The position numbers and the translations under genes were made by a program. Positions 58,401 through 64,000 of a stretch of 64,000 nucleotides of DNA are shown here, one piece after another (the first letter of the stretch is position 1; the number at the start of each line of letters is the position of its first letter). The notes under the pieces are model-generated. The model saw nothing but the letters and a program-made list of their open reading frames with translations, was not told the DNA's origin and made no database searches. Source of the DNA: Balanoglossus misakiensis (taxonomy: Eukaryota > Animalia > Hemichordata); assembly GCA_040954595.2 (NCBI GenBank), contig CM082577.2, positions 13,957,903 through 14,021,902 on the forward strand, in the 5' to 3' direction.

Positions 58401-61400
58401 AATAATCTTTTGAATATTCTCCACTTGTATAACCTTTAGGTAGCACTATCCTCAACAATATCAGTTAATAAGATTCAAATTTCATATTGAAGATGTTGTA
58501 TAGCAAAGCTGATCAATTATGACTATTTGATGTGGAATTTATCAAAGAATGTGTCACAAATCAACAACTGAAGAATAAACAGTCACCTAACATGTATCAA
58601 ATTTTTTGTTAGAGGGAACCAGAGCAGAGTCTCATAAACCTGCCCACTCAAGCTAACCATAACTTGACAAATGTTTCCGTCATAGCATGCAGAAAATTGT
58701 GTAGGCATGACTTGGGATGTAAATTTGATGAAAATAGCTAGATGCATATTGTTCACAAACAGCTGACTGTACTGATAGACTAGTAGTTGTGTACTTCATT
58801 TACATATTCAATACTTGTAGTCTTACCATGTCTACATCTGGGGGATTTCTTGACCAAAATGTCCCTGCGGGTACAATGTCATGTAATCATGTAGTATGGT
58901 AGTACAAAAAATGTAATTGTCAGTCTGTTTATGGCATTTTTAAATATTTGATTTTGTCTATGATTTTGATTAGGTTTTTGGTTTCAAAATCATTTTCTAT
59001 ACTTTTGACATTTTTGGGTGAAATGATTTTGCTTGATAAATCTGATTTGCCTGAAATTCGGTTTACAGTATTTACACCATCTATAAATTATGAAGTATCA
59101 GAATTGCATCAGGCCCCAAGATTCTAGTCACCATTAGCAAGTGTATTTTTGGCCATTGACCTGGGTAAGCTACAAATAAAAATGCGTTGTCAAGGGTATA
59201 ATGGTTTTTTGCACGAGCTGCATGTTTATAATTTGCAATAGAAATAGACACTGTTGCAAAATTTGCATTTTTATAATTTGCCATTTTTGGTCTTAAATTT
59301 TTTTCCCCCCAAAAAACTCATGTCAGATTACTTTGAAATTTGGTAGACATTTTTCTAGGGGTAAACAAAGTTAGATGTAAAACGTTTGGTGAAATTTGTA
59401 TGCTTGTGAAATTTTTGCCTAAAATTGTTAGGGGCCAAAGAGTTTTTCTTCTTCATGGGCGCTTTTTTTTATAAAGCTAGAACTAGAAAACAGCTCCATG
59501 TACACATCTCAAACTTGGCACAATGATGGGAGCCTACGAGTTCTTGTGCATAGCACTCTTGCAGTCTAATTAGTCATGAGAATGTGACCAGCGGCCATAT
59601 TGGATTTCCTGAAAGACGTGAAATCTCAGATCTCAGGAACTACTGGCCCGAACGTCTCCAAATTAAAAATCTTCTTCTCCAGAACCAGCAATCACCAAGT
59701 TGTGGGATTATGTGTATGTGTTTAGCTAAGTGAGGTCTACAAAAATACTGTACAGAATTATGATTGGTTTCAGCTGAAACTTTGCATGAAACATCAGGGG
59801 CAAGACTAATTTGAAGTCTATTGACAAAATTTTGAAAAGTCAACAAATGGCCGCAATGTTAGATTGTTGTTCAGCTCATTATTTCCATATCTATTTTTAG
59901 TCTAAATACTGATAGCACTGTAATTCTTTTTATGGATATGGGTCATATGCCTAAAAGTTGTTGCAATTTTTTGGCAATTTTCTGATGACCTATGACCTAG
60001 TTTTTGAGAAACTTATTATATTTGCATATGTCTAATACTAGCCGTTGTAAAACCACCAGTGTCACACGACTAAAATCACAGACAGGTTTTCTTTCAAATA
60101 TTTCTGCAATTTTGGCAATGCTTTTTGACCTATGTTTGCTGCTTGTTGTCGTTTTTCTGCATATCTAATTATATGCTAACAAAAGGGGCTAGACGTTTGG
60201 TTTTAGATGCATGTGGAACACATGGGACTCAAATTTGATGATTAATTTCTGGACCCCCTTGATCTCTCTTGACCTCATTAAATATATACATATCTAATTT
60301 TAAGCTTGCTAGGAGAGTTGAAAGTGCAGTTTTTTTGTTGACACGCATTACTGTGGTACTAAAATGTGATGGTTAACTTATGACCCCCTTGACCAATGTT
60401 GACTTATTAAATATGTACATACACAATATCTCAGCATCCGCACCAGATACAGCCTGGACATGTCGAGGGCTGAAACTTTAAAGGGTACACAAGCTGCAAC
60501 TTTTGGGATGATTATCATACTTTCTTTTGTCAAACTGTACTACCATTTAGCCCATAAAGATGTATGTACTGCTGTATACAAGTGTTATTTGTGTATAGTC
60601 TGCAGTTTTTATTCAAATATGTGACTCATGATGAAATGCCGTGCATTTGCTGACCAACAAAATATAAACATTGCATGTAGTCAGCGTTGTAATTGAGCAT
60701 TATTTTGAATTCAAGTCCAGACAGCGGCCATTATACACATACCCCGGTACAGACTATGGTAACAAGTGAAACACTTAGTATATCTGCATGGTGTTTGGAA
60801 TAGAGCAAAACATAGCATTTGATACACAAAACAAAAATGCTGGAAAAGCCATATGTTACAACTAATGTCCTTTTCTGTAAAACATGTATCCAAAACACTC
60901 AATTTGTTCATTGAATACATGTTCAATTTTCAAAATCGTCTAATATTGTGCAAATTTGTGCTATTTGTTTGAAAAGGGAAAATTCAAACTGAGATTATAT
61001 CAAATGTTTCCTTCCATTAAGTAAAATTGAAAATTCTTCTGCTAATAATTATCCCCCTTTGTACCACACCCACTTTCTATATACAGGCCCTCCATCTATA
61101 GGTCAGTTGGTATTTGGAAACTGTGCTTGCTTCTCCGTACAGACCACAGGCCATTGTTGTCAAAGTTGGTCACAGTTGATATATCAAATTAATATCTTAA
61201 CAGACAACAATGCTAAAATACAATGAATTAAAGGAAACTTATAAATAATTAATAGCTGCGCATATTCAACCTATAATACCAGATAATAATTACGATCACA
61301 ACCACTAATTATTCAATGGTCAAATACCCAGTGTTTACATGACAAAGTGGAAATTTAATAAAAAAAAAAATGACTCCTCAAATCCTGAGATCACAGATCA

Positions 61401-62675
61401 GTCATAAACTAATAATATGAACTTCTGGTGAGAGTATTATAGGAATTGTTGAAAATAACAGAGAGAGTAAAAGAAAGTTTTGTAGATGCATGGTGGCACT
61501 GAAACAAAAAATCCTTCACATCCACAAGGACATATCACATGTCACATTAATAAACTTATTTTCATAGCCACCCCTGAAAGACTGGTGTTTTTGTGCCCTC
61601 CCTCAAAATTTCTCATGTAAAAAAAAATTAGCCTGAGGCCCTCCCCCCCCCCAAATTTCTCATGTAAAAATTCGATGCCCCCATAAAAATGCTCAACACT
61701 CCTTTTCACCTTCACCTGCATTTTGTGACATACATGTTTATGATTGCTTACTAACTACTATTCATAATTGATACACAGATGGAAGCCACGATTGTCGGAA
61801 TTTCAACTGGTTCGGGTTTCTCGTTCTCCTGCGCGCCGAAGTCTGTTTAAGACTACTTTCTGGTAAGCATGACTTCATGTATATTTCCTCTTATGGGGCA
61901 TTATAGCAAAACCATAAAAAACAAAATGAAAATGCTCTAAGCCTACAAATAGATTTACATATTCCAGCTTTCTTTCCTTCAAATTCTGCATGCTCTCTCC
62001 TTGATTTCCTGTAATATGATCATGATTACGTGAATAAAATGGACATAAATTCAATTTGGACTCATTAAGATTATGGCAGACTACCCTGGTAGCTATAATT
62101 GTATTTAGGCGCCTTGGATAACATTACTTGTTTGCTGGGTGGGTGTAGGTTTCTTGAGAAAGTGTTGTCATAAAGTGTGCGAACACATTTCTGTTGTTTA
62201 CATATACGGTACAGATAATGATGTCAGTTTCATTTGTCACCTGATTGCCATGTTAGCATGTACCCATGTGAAGATTGTTTGCTGCACTACTACTGTGTTA
62301 ATGGAGTTACAAAATTGCTGTTTCACAGATTTCCCTGATTATTATTCCCTTCTAGTGCATTATCACAACACAGCTTGACCCTACAATTATACCATGTTCT
62401 GTTCTGCATATTTTGAATGACATAATGCTAAAAGTTAATTTCTGATTGGTTACTTATTAATATATATATATATATATTGATTCACAGCTGGTGTCTTAAA
62501 TGTCATCATTAGGCTGTGGAGGAGGGGGAGAAGACTTGGACCCTATGTTGAAGACCCTTGCGGCATGATTTGCTGTATACAGCGTGTATACATGCTGTAT
62601 ACATGCTGTATACATGCTGTCAACATTTGCTGAAGGAAGGGGAGAAGTCCCAGGCCCCATTAAATACTTTTTCTG
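55434..62675 (+). ncRNA. Putative spliced transcript (lncRNA or 5' UTR / micro-exon gene) built from five paralogous small exons
   Basis: Exons 55434-55547, 56215-56276, 58192-58263, 61779-61862, 62488-62675. Each is preceded by a (TGATT)GGTTACTAA-like branch point and CACAG, and followed by G|GTAAGC. Confidence 0.5.
59250..60450. repeat. Degenerate interspersed repeat, possibly Helentron/HINE-like
   Basis: Motifs AAACTTGGCACAA and AAAAATCTTCTTCTCCAGAACCA; duplicated GACCCC(T)TGA..GAC.T.ATTAAATAT. Recognised from memory only; boundaries are rough. Confidence 0.3.
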
Positions 62676-62896
62676 GTAAGCATGACTTGTTGTATACACA
62701 TGTACATGCCAAATAGCTAGTTTATGCTATCTTTTCCCATCAAATGGTTAATTCACCCATTCAAAATTATTGGGGCAGCAATCCACCACTGGTTATCATG
62801 GCCACCACTAATAATCACTTGAATATTCTTCACTTGGTAACCTTAATGTAGTGCCACCGTCCACGATTGATTATCACTAGTTGAATAGGGGATCTA

Positions 62897-63053
62897 ATTA
62901 AGCAATAAAACACCCGCAGCCATGGTATACCACGAGATTTTGACCAGTTCACGACATATACGCATGAGCGATAGCGAGTGCGTATATGTCGTGAAGTTGA
63001 ACTGGTCAAAATCGAGTGGTATACCATGGCTGGGGGTGTTTTATTGCTATTAT
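62897..63053. mobile_element. Palindromic non-autonomous element (possibly Crypton-like)
   Basis: AGCAATAAAACACCCGCAGCCATGGTATACCAC..ATTTTGACCAGTTCACGACATATACGCA, a 14-nt loop, then a near-perfect reverse complement. Confidence 0.65.
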
Positions 63054-64000
63054 ATTATGCCAGTATATTGAAACTTTGCATAAAACATTTTAATAAGGCA
63101 TTTTCTTTGACTTTGATATATGACTGTGGTATATGACGAATATATCACGTGTCGTGTCTCGACCAATAAAATAGCGTGATTTACACCATCAATATACTGG
63201 TATAATATAATTGTATTTATGGTATAGGGGAAGTACTTCACAACTCAAAAATGTTTGTGTATGTTGATTTCTCATTTCAACTCTTCAGAGATTTGGTCCC
63301 TTCATTTTGGAATAAAATAGCAAATACTAGTAGTATTGTTTCTAAATTTGTTTTGAAAAAACAATCAGAAAAATGTTCCACTATTGTTGAAGCTCGATCT
63401 TAAGAGGTGAGCTATAAAATTACTTTAAAAATTGGTCAGGTATTTTTGGTGGATCTCACATTCTATTGATTAAATCCTTAAAACGGCTTTCCCAGTTTTG
63501 ATTAGGTATTGACTGCGCAAAAATAAGAATATAGTCATTTCAGTTATATATATATTGTTTGTCAATGAATGTTAAAAAATAAATATAGAGAGAAGACAGG
63601 GTGATTCCATGCTACCTTCTCAGTTAGGAGGTAAAAATATTATGGAAAATGTTGAGTCAGCACTTTTCTCACACTGCTATTACTATAGATTTCCTATAGT
63701 GAAAATATCTGAAAACGCAATAATAAATCAAACACGGTGACATAATGTTGTCCTTACATGCTTCTATTTTGGCACCTTTTATGAAATTTTTGAGATTATG
63801 ACAATTTTGCTACTTTTTCTCAAAATTTTATATGTAAAGCTATGTGATAACCACTTACTGCAGGCAGGTAGTTATCTTACCTAAGGAGGGATAGTATACT
63901 TTAACCCTAACGCTGCCAAGTCAGTTGAAACTGGTTTGATATCCAAGGTGCCTAGAATCCTGGCTCCCAAGCCCGTTAGACTGCCAAGTGCTTGTTAATC

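Overview
AT-rich animal genomic DNA (probably a marine invertebrate deuterostome; inferred from gene and TE content only). The main gene is a minus-strand polycystin-1/REJ-family gene (22105-52557+). I traced 24 exons with consistent splice phases, about 3,275 aa: 2x LamG-like, WSC, PKD repeats, REJ, GAIN/GPS, PLAT, TM, polycystin channel. The most striking structure is a 7,087-bp composite element present twice in inverted orientation (5288-12374 and 45066-52152). It is a non-autonomous foldback DNA transposon with TAG...CTA ends and 3-bp TSDs (Academ-like). Inside one terminal inverted repeat it carries a Gag-only Ngaro/DIRS-type retroelement. Copy 2 sits in a coding exon of the otherwise intact polycystin gene; copy 1 sits inside a TTAA-type MITE. 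Also present: an L2-clade LINE with an intact EN-RT ORF, several MITEs, microsatellites, and at 55.4-62.7 kb an array of five paralogous small plus-strand exons with conserved splice signals but no conserved coding frame. All calls are by eye; no database searches were run.
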